From positions 64,001-128,000 of the forward strand of contig CAWAMW010000017.1 in assembly GCA_963783305.1 (NCBI GenBank): a stretch of 64,000 bases of DNA, read 5' to 3'. The stretch is from an uncultured Gemmatimonadales bacterium (GTDB lineage Bacteria; Gemmatimonadota; Gemmatimonadetes; Longimicrobiales; RSA9). Below the pieces are notes generated by a model. It made no database searches. It was given only the letters and a program-made list of their open reading frames with translations, and was not told where the DNA came from. Position 1 is the first letter of the stretch. Each line of letters opens with the position of its first letter. A program made the position numbers and the translations under genes. Positions 38,327-47,895 of the stretch are shown here, in pieces.

Positions 38327-40233
38327 GAGCCCCCCTTCCCTTTCAGATACTTGTCAAAGTGGGCGATCAGAGCGCCGTACGCGTGCATCCTGTTTTGCGG
38401 TCGACGGAAGCCGTGATACTCGTCCGGGTAGGAGTGGAACTCCACCGGGTTGCCCCGCGCCTTCAGCGCGGCCACGAGCTGCTCGGACTGCTGGAACGGG
38501 GCCCGTCGATCCAGCTGGCCGTGGATCACCAGGAACGGTAGATCCTGCCGGATGCGGTCCAGGTGGTATATGGTCGATGTCCTCCGATAGAGAGCCGCAT
38601 TCTCGCCGGGAGCGAAGCCGCGGTGGCCCTCGATGATCCAGAACCGCATGAGCCGGTCTCCGTGCTCGTACGCGGACGCCCAGTCATAGATGCCGTAGAG
38701 CGGCGCGGCGGCGTCGAAGGGTTCAGAGTCCCGTGTGAGCGCGGCCAGTGTCATGATTCCACCGTAGCTGCCGCCGTAGATACCGACCTTGTCGGTCGTA
38801 TACGGAAGCGATTCAAGATACTCAGCCGCCGCCACGGCGTCCCAGCCCTGCTCCGCGGCCCAGTCACCGTAGGAGAGGTCCTGGAACTCCCGACCGTGTC
38901 CCGCGCTCCCCCGATATTCGATCGCAAGCACCACGTAGCCTTCCTGCGCGAGAAGGTGCTCGAGCGAGTGGAACCCGTTACCGTATGCGTTGTTTCCGCC
39001 TCCGTGCACCTGCACCAGCGACGGGTAGCGTCGCGACGGGTCGAAGTTGGCAGGCCGGTAGAGGTAGCCGAGCATGTAATGGCCGTCCTTGCTGCGGTAG
39101 GCCAGCTTCTCCGGCGCGTGCAAACCCGCGTAGTTCTGGTACCAGTCCGTCAGGCGCCGGGGCTCGCCACCCGACGGTTCGAGGACCTGGAGCTCGCCGC
39201 CCCGCGTCGGCGTAGAACGGACGTAGGCGACAGCGCCGTCCGGGCCCACCGCGAAGTCACCAAAGCTGCCCTCTTCGTACGTCATCTTCGTCGCGACCCC
39301 GCCTTCCACCGGTACCGACCATAGGTTGGAATCGCCCTCCCACTCATAGCGGAAAATGATCCGCTCGCTGTCGGGCGCCCACTGCATGGGAATGCCGCCG
39401 TTCCGGTCGCTGACGAACGTGTTCATCTCCACCTTCCGCACCTTTTCGGAAGGCATCTCGACCACGTAGATGTCGCTCTGGTCGCCGTACCAGAACTCGC
39501 CCGTCTCCATGGCGTTGAAGGCGATATAGCGGCCGTCCGGCGACCAGCGAGGCAGCGTCATCACGTCCAGGTTCGCGGTGACCTTGTGAGTGGCACCGGT
39601 CCGGGTGTCGACCAGCCACAGATCGTCCGCGTATTCTCCGCCACGGTTGCTGACATAGGCGACCCACCGGCCGTCCGCCGACCACTCGGGCTGGCTCCAG
39701 CGCGCCTCGTCCCACGGATTCGTCTCGCGCGTCAACTGGGTGACCTCGCCACTGGCGACGTCAGCAACGAAGACGTCCTGATGGCCCGCGCGATCGGAGA
39801 TGAACGCGATCCGCGATCCGTCGGGCGACCAGGCGGGTCCGCGCTCGCCTTCGGAGTCGCGCGTCACACGCGTAGGAGTGCCTCCGTTCCGGGAGACGAC
39901 CCAGATGTCCGAATCGCCGCGCTCATCGCCCCGGATGAATGCGATCCGGTCGCCCTGCGGCGACCAGGCGGGCGACGACTCGGACGCGTCATCATCCAGT
40001 AGCAGACGCGAGTCCCCGCTCTGGCGGTCGACCAACCAGATTTTCGAGGTGCCGGAGCGATTCGAGACCACGGCGATTTCGCCGCCGCCTGGCGAAATGG
40101 TCGCGCCGCGGATGCTCACATTGGAGCTCATCGACTCCAGGGTCAGCGGCTGGAGCGGCTCCTGTGCGCGTGCGGGCGCGCCGGGCGAAACGCCGACGCA
40201 GAGGAGCGCCGCGAACAGCGTGGTGGATCGCAT
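38323..40233 (-). CDS. S9 family peptidase with PD40 propeller
   Basis: Signal peptide; WSPDG repeats; VHGGG, GGSYGG, DRRA and EYHGF; AAAGGAG RBS. Confidence 0.92.
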   Translation of the reverse strand: MRSTTLFAALLCVGVSPGAPARAQEPLQPLTLESMSSNVSIRGATISPGGGEIAVVSNRSGTSKIWLVDRQSGDSRLLLDDDASESSPAWSPQGDRIAFIRGDERGDSDIWVVSRNGGTPTRVTRDSEGERGPAWSPDGSRIAFISDRAGHQDVFVADVASGEVTQLTRETNPWDEARWSQPEWSADGRWVAYVSNRGGEYADDLWLVDTRTGATHKVTANLDVMTLPRWSPDGRYIAFNAMETGEFWYGDQSDIYVVEMPSEKVRKVEMNTFVSDRNGGIPMQWAPDSERIIFRYEWEGDSNLWSVPVEGGVATKMTYEEGSFGDFAVGPDGAVAYVRSTPTRGGELQVLEPSGGEPRRLTDWYQNYAGLHAPEKLAYRSKDGHYMLGYLYRPANFDPSRRYPSLVQVHGGGNNAYGNGFHSLEHLLAQEGYVVLAIEYRGSAGHGREFQDLSYGDWAAEQGWDAVAAAEYLESLPYTTDKVGIYGGSYGGIMTLAALTRDSEPFDAAAPLYGIYDWASAYEHGDRLMRFWIIEGHRGFAPGENAALYRRTSTIYHLDRIRQDLPFLVIHGQLDRRAPFQQSEQLVAALKARGNPVEFHSYPDEYHGFRRPQNRMHAYGALIAHFDKYLKGKGGS

Positions 40234-40262
40234 TCGATCTCCTTTGAATCCGGGAAACGTCG

Positions 40263-41489
40263 TCACTGCCAGACTTCTCGCAGAACGCGCAGCGTGTTGC
40301 CGCCGAGAACCTTGGCGATGTTCTCGTCGGAGTAGTCATGGCGGACGAGCCAGCGCACGACGTTGTGCGAGACCTCTGTCGGGTTCTCGAGACCCTTCAC
40401 GTACTCGACCTGGTTCGGATTGCCGCCGCCGTTGCCGCTCGGCCCCTTGCCGCCGCGTGACTCGGCGAGCGACAGCCGTGTGGAGTACACACGGTGGAGT
40501 CCGACATGATCCCCATAGACCGTGTCCGCGCCGAAGCTCACGTGGTCGATCCCGACCAGGTCGACCATGTATTCGAAGTGCTCCATGTAGGAGTCGATCC
40601 CGTGGACGGGGTGGTTCTTCGTCACGGTCGTGTGGGGCGCCGCCTCGATGCCGATAACCCCCCCCTTGTCCGCGCACGCGCGGAGGACCTCGTCTGGAGC
40701 CAGGCGGTTCGAATCCCACAGAGCACGCGCTCCGATGTGGCTCAGCACGACCGGCTTGCGGCTGTGCTCGATCGTGTCGAGCGCCGTCTGATCGCCGGTA
40801 TGAGAGCAGTCGATCAGCATTCCGACCTGATTCATGCGTCGGACGGCTTTCCGGCCAAACGCGGTCAGTCCCCCGTCCCGCTTCTCCTTCAGGCCGGAGC
40901 CCAGCGCGTTCGATTCACTGTAGGTGATCCCGAGCAGGCGCACCCCAAAGCCGTACAGAATCTCAATGCGGTCCAGCTCGTTCTCGATCATCGCCGCGCC
41001 CTCGAGGCTCGCGATCCAGCCGAGCTTGCCCAGTTCCGCCGCCCTCAGCACATTGTCCACCGTTTGGCACGGCACCACCATGTCCTGGTGGGCGATGTCG
41101 CACAGCCGCATTCCCAGATCGTGCAGGACCTCCGACCACTTCCAGCCCGAGAGGGACTCGATCTGCCCCACGCCGTCCATCAGATTGTCGAAGACCGCAT
41201 CCCAGCGCGAAGCGGCAAGCGCTCCGAAAGCCGTGGCCATGCGGCCTTCACGCACGTATTCCGGCGTGAGATCGATCTCCGACGGGAACGCGCCCAAATG
41301 CTCGTGCATCGAGATCATCAGACACTCCTGCCCGAGCCGATCCGCTCGATCTTCCTGCTCGGTACTCAGCGGAACGTGATAGATCGGCACCCGATCCTCC
41401 GCCAGCGCCAACTCATAGCTTCTGTAGTCGGTCGACGGGTCCAGGTATTGAAATGACTGGTACCCGTCGTACTGTTTCGTTGCCCCCAT
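40263..41489 (-). CDS. Membrane (renal) dipeptidase family M19 protein, no signal peptide
   Basis: SLEGA, ITYSESN, GLTAFG...MNQVGMLIDCSH, SHIG and GIDHVSFGAD. Confidence 0.9.
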   Translation of the reverse strand: MGATKQYDGYQSFQYLDPSTDYRSYELALAEDRVPIYHVPLSTEQEDRADRLGQECLMISMHEHLGAFPSEIDLTPEYVREGRMATAFGALAASRWDAVFDNLMDGVGQIESLSGWKWSEVLHDLGMRLCDIAHQDMVVPCQTVDNVLRAAELGKLGWIASLEGAAMIENELDRIEILYGFGVRLLGITYSESNALGSGLKEKRDGGLTAFGRKAVRRMNQVGMLIDCSHTGDQTALDTIEHSRKPVVLSHIGARALWDSNRLAPDEVLRACADKGGVIGIEAAPHTTVTKNHPVHGIDSYMEHFEYMVDLVGIDHVSFGADTVYGDHVGLHRVYSTRLSLAESRGGKGPSGNGGGNPNQVEYVKGLENPTEVSHNVVRWLVRHDYSDENIAKVLGGNTLRVLREVWQ

Positions 41490-41553
41490 TAGGAATTCCT
41501 CGGATGTTCAGGTTCGCTACGCCGAGCTGCCGGATCCGCTGCTGCCGGAGCCG

Positions 41554-42840
41554 TCACAGGTCAGGGTTGTTGTTGCGCTCGATCTCCGGCATCGGCATGC
41601 ACGTCTGGTTGCCCATCGGGAAGCCCTGCGGCGTCGATTTCTGAAAGAAGTCGAGACCGTACTGGTCCAGATAGCGCCGCTGGTCACCCAGACGCACACC
41701 GTCCAGGAACAGCGTGCGCTTTCGCTCGTCGATGACTTTGTCGCGGATTTCGTTCGCGTCTCCGCCCTCGGGAGTCCATTCCTGGTCGATCCCGTAGCGG
41801 CTGCGTACGTCGTTGATGATGGAGACCGCCTCCGCTCCTCCGGTGATCTCCGCGATGATGTACTGCGTCTCGTCGCCGGTCGCGATGCGCAGCGGCGAGC
41901 TGGGGCTCGACACCTTGCGGGGCGCATACAGATCCTGAGATGGCTCGAACGCGGGACGTGGATTCAGGACGAGCTCCACGCGCGGATCCGGCTGGTCGGT
42001 GCCGTCTATGGTCAGGTGCCGGAATGCCGGGCCGACGCTCCAGTTCCCGAAGTCCCAGGTTCGAAAATGTACTCGGTTGCGCTGCTCGAAGGTGCTGGCC
42101 GAATAGGTCGCCAGGTACTCGAACTCCGGATCGACCTGGCGCGCGTCGGCGAGTGCGCCGGCCTCATCGCCCAGCAGCAACCTCACGCGGGCGCGGCCGA
42201 CCAGCGCCGCCTGCCGTACGTCGGATTCCACATTTGCCGCACCGATCGCTGCGGTGAACTCCTCCTCGGCAATTCGGTACGCGTCCTCGGTGCTCAGTTC
42301 GGGGCCGGTACCCCCGAACGCGAGCGAACAGTACATGTCCGCGAGCCATGTCTTTGCGAAGCCCGAGTACATGCTGGCCAGCGCGTATTCAGGAGCGTCG
42401 GAAACGTTACCGGTGATCTCCTCGAAGTTTCCATCGAGGATGCGCGCCTGCAGCAGGTCCGCGGCGGCGACCGCCCGCTGGAGCGGCACGTAGAAGCCAC
42501 CGCCGATCGAATTGGTTCGGGCCGAGCCGCCGCCGTGGTCCTCGGGAACGTCGCGGCGGTCGAAGGCGTGGATGCTCGGCGCCGTGCCGGACGAGACGAA
42601 TTCATTGCCGAACAGACCGCCCCAGACGATGCCGCTGTCATAGGACTGGAACAGATCGGCCGAGGCGCCGACGACGGCCTCGCGGAGGCCGAAGCTGGTG
42701 GACGCGTCCACGGTGTGAGGGTTGGGGTCGACGTCCACGAGGCCGTCGCAGCTTACGGAGGCTGCGAGAACGAGCAGCAGCGGTACCATCTTCCGCCACG
42801 CTCCCCGACCGCTGAGCCTGCTCTGATCTTCGTATCGCAT
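41554..42840 (-). CDS. RagB/SusD-like lipoprotein
   Basis: Lipobox SVSC; ERKRTLFLDGVRLGDQRR; directly downstream of susC. Confidence 0.85.
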   Translation of the reverse strand: MRYEDQSRLSGRGAWRKMVPLLLVLAASVSCDGLVDVDPNPHTVDASTSFGLREAVVGASADLFQSYDSGIVWGGLFGNEFVSSGTAPSIHAFDRRDVPEDHGGGSARTNSIGGGFYVPLQRAVAAADLLQARILDGNFEEITGNVSDAPEYALASMYSGFAKTWLADMYCSLAFGGTGPELSTEDAYRIAEEEFTAAIGAANVESDVRQAALVGRARVRLLLGDEAGALADARQVDPEFEYLATYSASTFEQRNRVHFRTWDFGNWSVGPAFRHLTIDGTDQPDPRVELVLNPRPAFEPSQDLYAPRKVSSPSSPLRIATGDETQYIIAEITGGAEAVSIINDVRSRYGIDQEWTPEGGDANEIRDKVIDERKRTLFLDGVRLGDQRRYLDQYGLDFFQKSTPQGFPMGNQTCMPMPEIERNNNPDL

Positions 42841-42893
42841 ACGCTCTGTCTCCGCTGTCTTTCTCGAAGGGTTCGAAGTGATCGCGATCCGTC

Positions 42894-45800
42894 TCATAGC
42901 GTCAGACCGACGCGGAGGAACAAGCTGCGGCCCGGCGGCTGAGTGAAGAACTCCGCCGCGTTGAACGAGTCGCGGCCTCCGTCATAGCGGAGCTCGGGGT
43001 CCAGGCCACTGTAGCCAGTCCACGTATAGAGGTTGCGCGCGCCAAGCGTAACGTTCGCGCCGCTTCCTCCCACCCAGCGCCTCGCCACCGCGTCCGGTAC
43101 GGAATAGCTAAGTGTTAGCTCACGCCACTTCACAAACGTGGCATCCTCGACGAACACGCTAGTCCGTGCGTTACCGCCCAGCTCCATCATCGCCTGCTCC
43201 TCCGGCGAAGATTCCGCCTTTCGGAATGCGAAACGGCGCGACCCGCTGGAATTGGCGATGAACGGACTGCGGAACGACTCAGACATGTTCATTTTCTGAA
43301 ATCCGCCCGCGCGGTCGAACTGGGCGTAGAGCCGGAAGTTCTGGAACAGCGTGAACGTCGTCGAGAGACTCTGCTGGTTCGAAGGCTGTGACCGGCCGAG
43401 ATAGACGTGGTTCGTGGCACTTGGATCCCCGACCGTCTGCTCTGCGAACACGATGCTGCCCGGGATGATCGCGCCGTCGGCGTCACGTTCTGCGCTCGTC
43501 ACCACGCGTCCGAAATAGGCGCCGGGCGCGAATCCCTCACGGAACATTTGGTGGTCGGCGCTGAGGCCGAACAGGATTGGCGGCTGCCCCCCGAGGTCGG
43601 TGATGACCGGATCCTGCGTCGAGAGCTTGGCCTCGACCTCCCAGCGGAAGTCGCCGCGCCTCAAGAGCTGCACGCCCGCGAGGAACTCGATGCCGTTGTT
43701 CTCGATGGCCCCCAGGTTGACGTAGCGCGGCCCGCTGAAGCCGCTGGACGGCGCGACCCGCGTCTGCACGATTGCATCGGTCGTCTTCTGGCTGAAATAG
43801 GTGAACTTCGTATTCAACCGCTCGCCGAAGAAGTTGCTGTCGAAGCCGACCTCCCACTCCTCGTTCCGCTCGGCGGTCAGATCGGGGTTGCCGGGGTCCA
43901 GCAGACTGACGCCGGTTCGCTGGGTGCCGTCGGCATCCGTAAGGCGAACGGGGCGAAGGGTGCGCGCATGAGCGAACGGGTTTGGCGCCTGGGCCGCGGT
44001 TCCCCACGCCGCGCGCACCCGGAAATCACTCACCCTCTCGGGATCCAGCCTCCAGAATGGCATACTGCTGAGCACGGCCGACACGTTGAAGCTAGGAGAC
44101 CAGATCCCGCCCTGGTTCTCACCGAACGCGCTGTTGTCATCCACCCGTATCCCGCCCGTGCCGAACAGGTAGTCGTTGTAGGCGAGCTGCTGCTGAAAGA
44201 GAGCGCCGACCTCGATGTTCTGGATCTTGTCAGAGCGCCCGCTGAAAATGAGGGCCGCGTCGCACGCGTTCGCCGTGTTGCTCGCGAAGCCGCCCGAGCC
44301 CTCGCAGGCCACGAGCTCGGTATCACTGTTGAAGTACTGGACGCCCACCGTGGTCGACGACCGGAGCGAAGGTGTCGGCTCAAAAGTTACGGTGCCCGCG
44401 TAGTCCAAAGTCAGCGTTCGGTCCGTGACGCGGCTGTCGTTGATCAGACCGTCCGAGTCGGGGCCGAAGGGCCTGTCCGGGTCCAGCGGAACCGAATTCC
44501 TGTTCTTCGTCTGGATGAAGTCGATGCCCACGGCGATCCGGTTCGCGAACCAGTCGAACGGCGTCCACCTCGCCTGCAGCCCAGAGATCATTCGACCGAG
44601 ATCCTGCGTGTTCTCGATCGTGGCGAGCTTGTCGAAGCTCGCGCTGAGGTTGCCACGCCTCACGTCACACGCATTCTCCGAGGTGCCCGCAACCACGGTG
44701 GCGAGGCAGTCTCCGGCCGAGCCGTCGGGCAGCGTGCCACGCGAGAAGATCGGAAGTCCTGCTCCGGCATTCGTGATCATGCCGACGGCGCTGCGGTCGT
44801 TGTCCGGCAGGCGGATCGTGGAACCGATGAAAGAGTTGTTCAGCGAGATCGTCAGACCCTCGGTGGGCGTCGTCTCCAGATTGGCGCGGAAGGAGTACCG
44901 CTCGAGCTCGTTGTTGGGCAGCGTGCCCGTCTGATTCTCGTACTGGAGGGACCCGAAGTACCGGAGCGACTGGGCGCCACCGGAGAGACTCGCCGTGTAC
45001 TGGGAGCTGTGGCCCGTGCGCAGAGGACTGGTGAGCGGGTTCTCCAACGGGTTGTGCCGCGCGTAGATGTCCCCTGTGGCAGGATCAACGACCGGCCGGA
45101 ACTGCTGGATCAGCGGGTCGTTCGGATCGTCGAAGCCGGCCGCAGTGAGGTTGAAGTAGTTATCGGGATAGTCTGCCACGTCCTGGAGGATCCCCTCCTG
45201 GATGTTCACCGAAAGCTGATGGCTCCCCACAGCGCCCTTCTTCGTCTCAATGAGGAGAACACCGGCCGCCGCTTCGGAGCCGTACAGCGCCGCTGCCGTG
45301 GGGCCCTTCATGACCTGCACGCTCGCGATGTCCTGAGGGTTCAGATCATCCAGCCGAGAGATCGTCTGCCCGTTCCCGAAGTCGTACGAGCCCGGCCCCG
45401 TTCCCGTCTGATTGCTCACCCGGATGCCATCGATGTAGATGATCGGGTTGTTGTCCTGCGTCAGGCTCGTAGAGCCGCGGATACGAATTTGCGACGCGCC
45501 GCCTACGCTCCCGGATGACTGCGAGACCGTGACGCCCGTCGCGCGGCCCGTAAGCAGATCGGAGACCGTACCCACCGCTCCCCGATCCACCGCCTCCGTG
45601 GCGTCCAGCCTCTCGATATCGGTCCCCACCTCCGCCCGCCTCGCGTTCGTCGCCGAAAGCGAAACCAGCACCTCGTTCAGCTGCACCGCCTCCGCGGAAA
45701 GCTCGAAGTTCAGCGTCGCCGTTTCGCCCGCCGCGAGGGTCACCGACTGCCGTACGGCACCGTACCCGATCGACTGTGCCTCCACTTCGTACGTGCCAGC

Positions 45801-46004
45801 CGGAAGCGTGAACGTGTACTGCCCCTGCTGGTTGGTGATCGCACCATGCTGCGTTCCGGGGACCTGCACGGTCACGCCTGTGACAGGCCGCAGTGCCTCG
45901 TCCCGGACCTGCCCGCGCAGTGTGGCGTTCTGCGCCGCGAGCGATGACGTGCACAACAGCGTTAGAACCAAGGCGGTGAGCGCTTTACGAGCGTAGGGTG
46001 ACAT
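42894..46004 (-). CDS. SusC/RagA-family TonB-dependent receptor
   Basis: PIIYIDG, MKGPTAAALYGSEAAAGVLLIETKKG, GNPDLTAER and YSGLDPE. Confidence 0.93.
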   Translation of the reverse strand: MSPYARKALTALVLTLLCTSSLAAQNATLRGQVRDEALRPVTGVTVQVPGTQHGAITNQQGQYTFTLPAGTYEVEAQSIGYGAVRQSVTLAAGETATLNFELSAEAVQLNEVLVSLSATNARRAEVGTDIERLDATEAVDRGAVGTVSDLLTGRATGVTVSQSSGSVGGASQIRIRGSTSLTQDNNPIIYIDGIRVSNQTGTGPGSYDFGNGQTISRLDDLNPQDIASVQVMKGPTAAALYGSEAAAGVLLIETKKGAVGSHQLSVNIQEGILQDVADYPDNYFNLTAAGFDDPNDPLIQQFRPVVDPATGDIYARHNPLENPLTSPLRTGHSSQYTASLSGGAQSLRYFGSLQYENQTGTLPNNELERYSFRANLETTPTEGLTISLNNSFIGSTIRLPDNDRSAVGMITNAGAGLPIFSRGTLPDGSAGDCLATVVAGTSENACDVRRGNLSASFDKLATIENTQDLGRMISGLQARWTPFDWFANRIAVGIDFIQTKNRNSVPLDPDRPFGPDSDGLINDSRVTDRTLTLDYAGTVTFEPTPSLRSSTTVGVQYFNSDTELVACEGSGGFASNTANACDAALIFSGRSDKIQNIEVGALFQQQLAYNDYLFGTGGIRVDDNSAFGENQGGIWSPSFNVSAVLSSMPFWRLDPERVSDFRVRAAWGTAAQAPNPFAHARTLRPVRLTDADGTQRTGVSLLDPGNPDLTAERNEEWEVGFDSNFFGERLNTKFTYFSQKTTDAIVQTRVAPSSGFSGPRYVNLGAIENNGIEFLAGVQLLRRGDFRWEVEAKLSTQDPVITDLGGQPPILFGLSADHQMFREGFAPGAYFGRVVTSAERDADGAIIPGSIVFAEQTVGDPSATNHVYLGRSQPSNQQSLSTTFTLFQNFRLYAQFDRAGGFQKMNMSESFRSPFIANSSGSRRFAFRKAESSPEEQAMMELGGNARTSVFVEDATFVKWRELTLSYSVPDAVARRWVGGSGANVTLGARNLYTWTGYSGLDPELRYDGGRDSFNAAEFFTQPPGRSLFLRVGLTL

Positions 46005-46298
46005 CAGCTGCCCTCCTGTGGGGGGTTGGATGAAGATCGACCGAAGGAAACGACGGGTGCATGGGTGGCTGTTGTCGAATTCCGGGCAAGTACCAGCGGC
46101 ACCCGAAGCGACCGCCGTTCCGGCACCATTTTCAAGATCACCCGCGCAGCTCCGGTGGCCGGACGCACGGTCCATTTCAAGGTTTGAGAGGCGGGAGGGC
46201 CGCCTCGACGGCTAAACAGCTATTACGGCACCGCCGAATCCTGAAGGCGGGTCAACAGACAGGGGGAATCATCGAGGCGTACGCGGCACGCCCCCTCG

Positions 46299-46336
46299 AC
46301 TGTATACAGTATTCAATATACAATCTCCTGTGTCAA
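46299..46336 (-). promoter_or_regulatory. Sigma70 promoter of the susC operon overlapped by GntR-type operator palindrome(s)
   Basis: Minus strand TTGACA(46336-46331)-N17-AATACT; palindrome ACTGTATACAGT (46299-46310) plus a TTGTATATTG half-site. Confidence 0.7.
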
Positions 46337-46534
46337 GGAGCATGTTGTGGGGCCCGGCCCACGACGGATTTTCGCACGGATTAGGCGGATAACTCGGGAT
46401 GTGTCGACTGGCCCATGGACGGCCGAACGCACTGGGAAAGAGCCGCGGACGGCGCAGGGCAAGATTAGACGCGCCTAAGAGAGATGCGTATACTAGCGTT
46501 GGCATATCCACGACACTTCCTCGAGTGTTCCCAA

Positions 46535-47230
46535 ATGCGTATCCACCGCGAACCGCTGCGAGCCGCTGTCCGGCGCACCCTCCTTCAGCAGCTCAGGGAG
46601 GGTACACTGCGACCGGGAGCGAACCTGAACGAGTCGCAACTCGCGCAGCAGCTGGGCGTGAGCCGGACCCCCCTGCGCGAGGCGCTTCTGAGCTTGCAGT
46701 TCGAAGGATTCGTGGAGAGCGCTCAGGGGCGTGGCTTCTCGGTCGCTCCGCTGCGCGCCAAGACGGCTAGGGATCTGCACTCGCTGGTGGGCATGCTCGA
46801 ATCCGTGGCGGCCCGCGCCCTCGCCGATCTGGAGCCGGATGCGTACGCGCGGGTGCTGGAGGGGATGGAAGCGATCAACGCCGATCTTTCTGCGCCGGCA
46901 GATCCAGAAAGCGATGGGGCGGAGAGGGTGATCGAGAGGGGTGACCAGTGGCACGCCCTGCTCGTCTCGGGGTCGAATAACGAGCAGCTGCACGAGATGC
47001 TCCAGATCCTGAAGGGGCGACTCTTCCGCTACACGTATCACTACGTGGCCGGACCTGACCGGATTGCCTGCACCCGCATCTGGCACGAGCAGATTCTCGG
47101 AGCGCTTCGTGAGCGTGAATTCGACCGCGCAGCAGAACTGGTGCAGGAACACTGGATGACGGGGGCGGATGCTCAGTACGAATGGTGTGACGAGAGCCCT
47201 CCCCACAACGCCACTTCCGTCGAACCGTAA
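46535..47230 (+). CDS. GntR family (FCD) transcriptional regulator
   Basis: LAQQLGVSRTPLREAL HTH and an FCD-like C-terminus; divergent from susC. Confidence 0.92.
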   Translation: MRIHREPLRAAVRRTLLQQLREGTLRPGANLNESQLAQQLGVSRTPLREALLSLQFEGFVESAQGRGFSVAPLRAKTARDLHSLVGMLESVAARALADLEPDAYARVLEGMEAINADLSAPADPESDGAERVIERGDQWHALLVSGSNNEQLHEMLQILKGRLFRYTYHYVAGPDRIACTRIWHEQILGALREREFDRAAELVQEHWMTGADAQYEWCDESPPHNATSVEP

Positions 47231-47281
47231 CTGAGTCGCTGCCCGCACCAGGCGATCAATCCGTTGGGCGCCTCCGCCGCC

Positions 47282-47416
47282 TTACGCTGCCGCGGGTCTG
47301 GCGAAGCGCTCACCCTTGGGAGTCATCGCTTCATGTCCGCCGCCGACATTGGGGTAAGCCCGGAAGTCCGCGTAGTATCGGCCGTTCTTGTACAGCCAGT
47401 TATTGCCCTTCGCCAT
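47282..47416 (-). pseudogene. Possible N-terminal stub of a tyrosine integrase
   Basis: MAKGNNWLYKNGRYYADFRAYPNVGGGHEAM...* with GAGG RBS, just downstream of the tRNA fragment. Family assignment is recalled similarity plus position only. Confidence 0.45.
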
Positions 47417-47546
47417 GCGCGCCTCACTCGGCACGGTTCGTAGGTAACCGTACTCGCCGCGAGATCCGCGCGGAAAAGTCAGTATCACTGTCCGCCATTT
47501 GCCCGTGTTACTGCGGAGTGGGGAGGCGGTCCATAAACGCAACGAA

Positions 47547-47571
47547 CCCGCACCGTAGGGGACGGTGCGGG
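47547..47571 (-). terminator. Hairpin downstream of the tRNA 3' fragment
   Basis: CCCGCACCGT-N5-ACGGTGCGGG with a T-rich tail on the minus strand. Confidence 0.65.
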
Positions 47572-47588
47572 CTCGATTTAAAAGAGAG

Positions 47589-47631
47589 TACGCCCGACAG
47601 GATTCGAACCTGTGACCTCTTGCTCCGGAGG
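47589..47631 (-). mobile_element. 3' half of tRNA-Arg(CCG): att site of an integrated element (not a complete tRNA)
   Basis: CTCCGGA-GCAAG-AGGTC-ACAGGTTCGAATCCTGT-CGGGCGT-A gives the anticodon loop, 3' anticodon stem, T arm and 3' acceptor strand. No D arm or 5' stem upstream. Confidence 0.85.
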
Positions 47632-47700
47632 ATTGCCTCAGCGAAGGAGAACCCGGCGAGCTTCTCGCCGTTCCTGGGATTCGGGCTTCCGGAGGCGGCG

Positions 47701-47757
47701 GACACAGGCGCTGCGTCGCCGCGTTTCGCCGCCTCATGAGACACAGTTTGGACACAG
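47701..47757. repeat. GACACAG direct repeats (integrase arm-type site candidates)
   Basis: GACACAG at 47701, 47740 and 47751, 70-120 bp from the att core. Confidence 0.55.
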
Positions 47758-47895
47758 CACCGAAAGCTGGGAGGCCATAGACTTCCGACCTCAGCTTGGG
47801 AGGGCACTGCGAGGATTCGACTTGAGTCAATCGCCGGGGATGACCCGGCGTCACGCCGGCTCTTCGAGTGGCGCTCCCCGAACGCGAGTATCGCG

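Noticed and set aside
47589..47670. Complete tRNA-Arg gene
   Set aside because: Sequence 5' of the anticodon loop cannot pair with GCAAG and has no D arm or 5' acceptor strand; treated as an att fragment.
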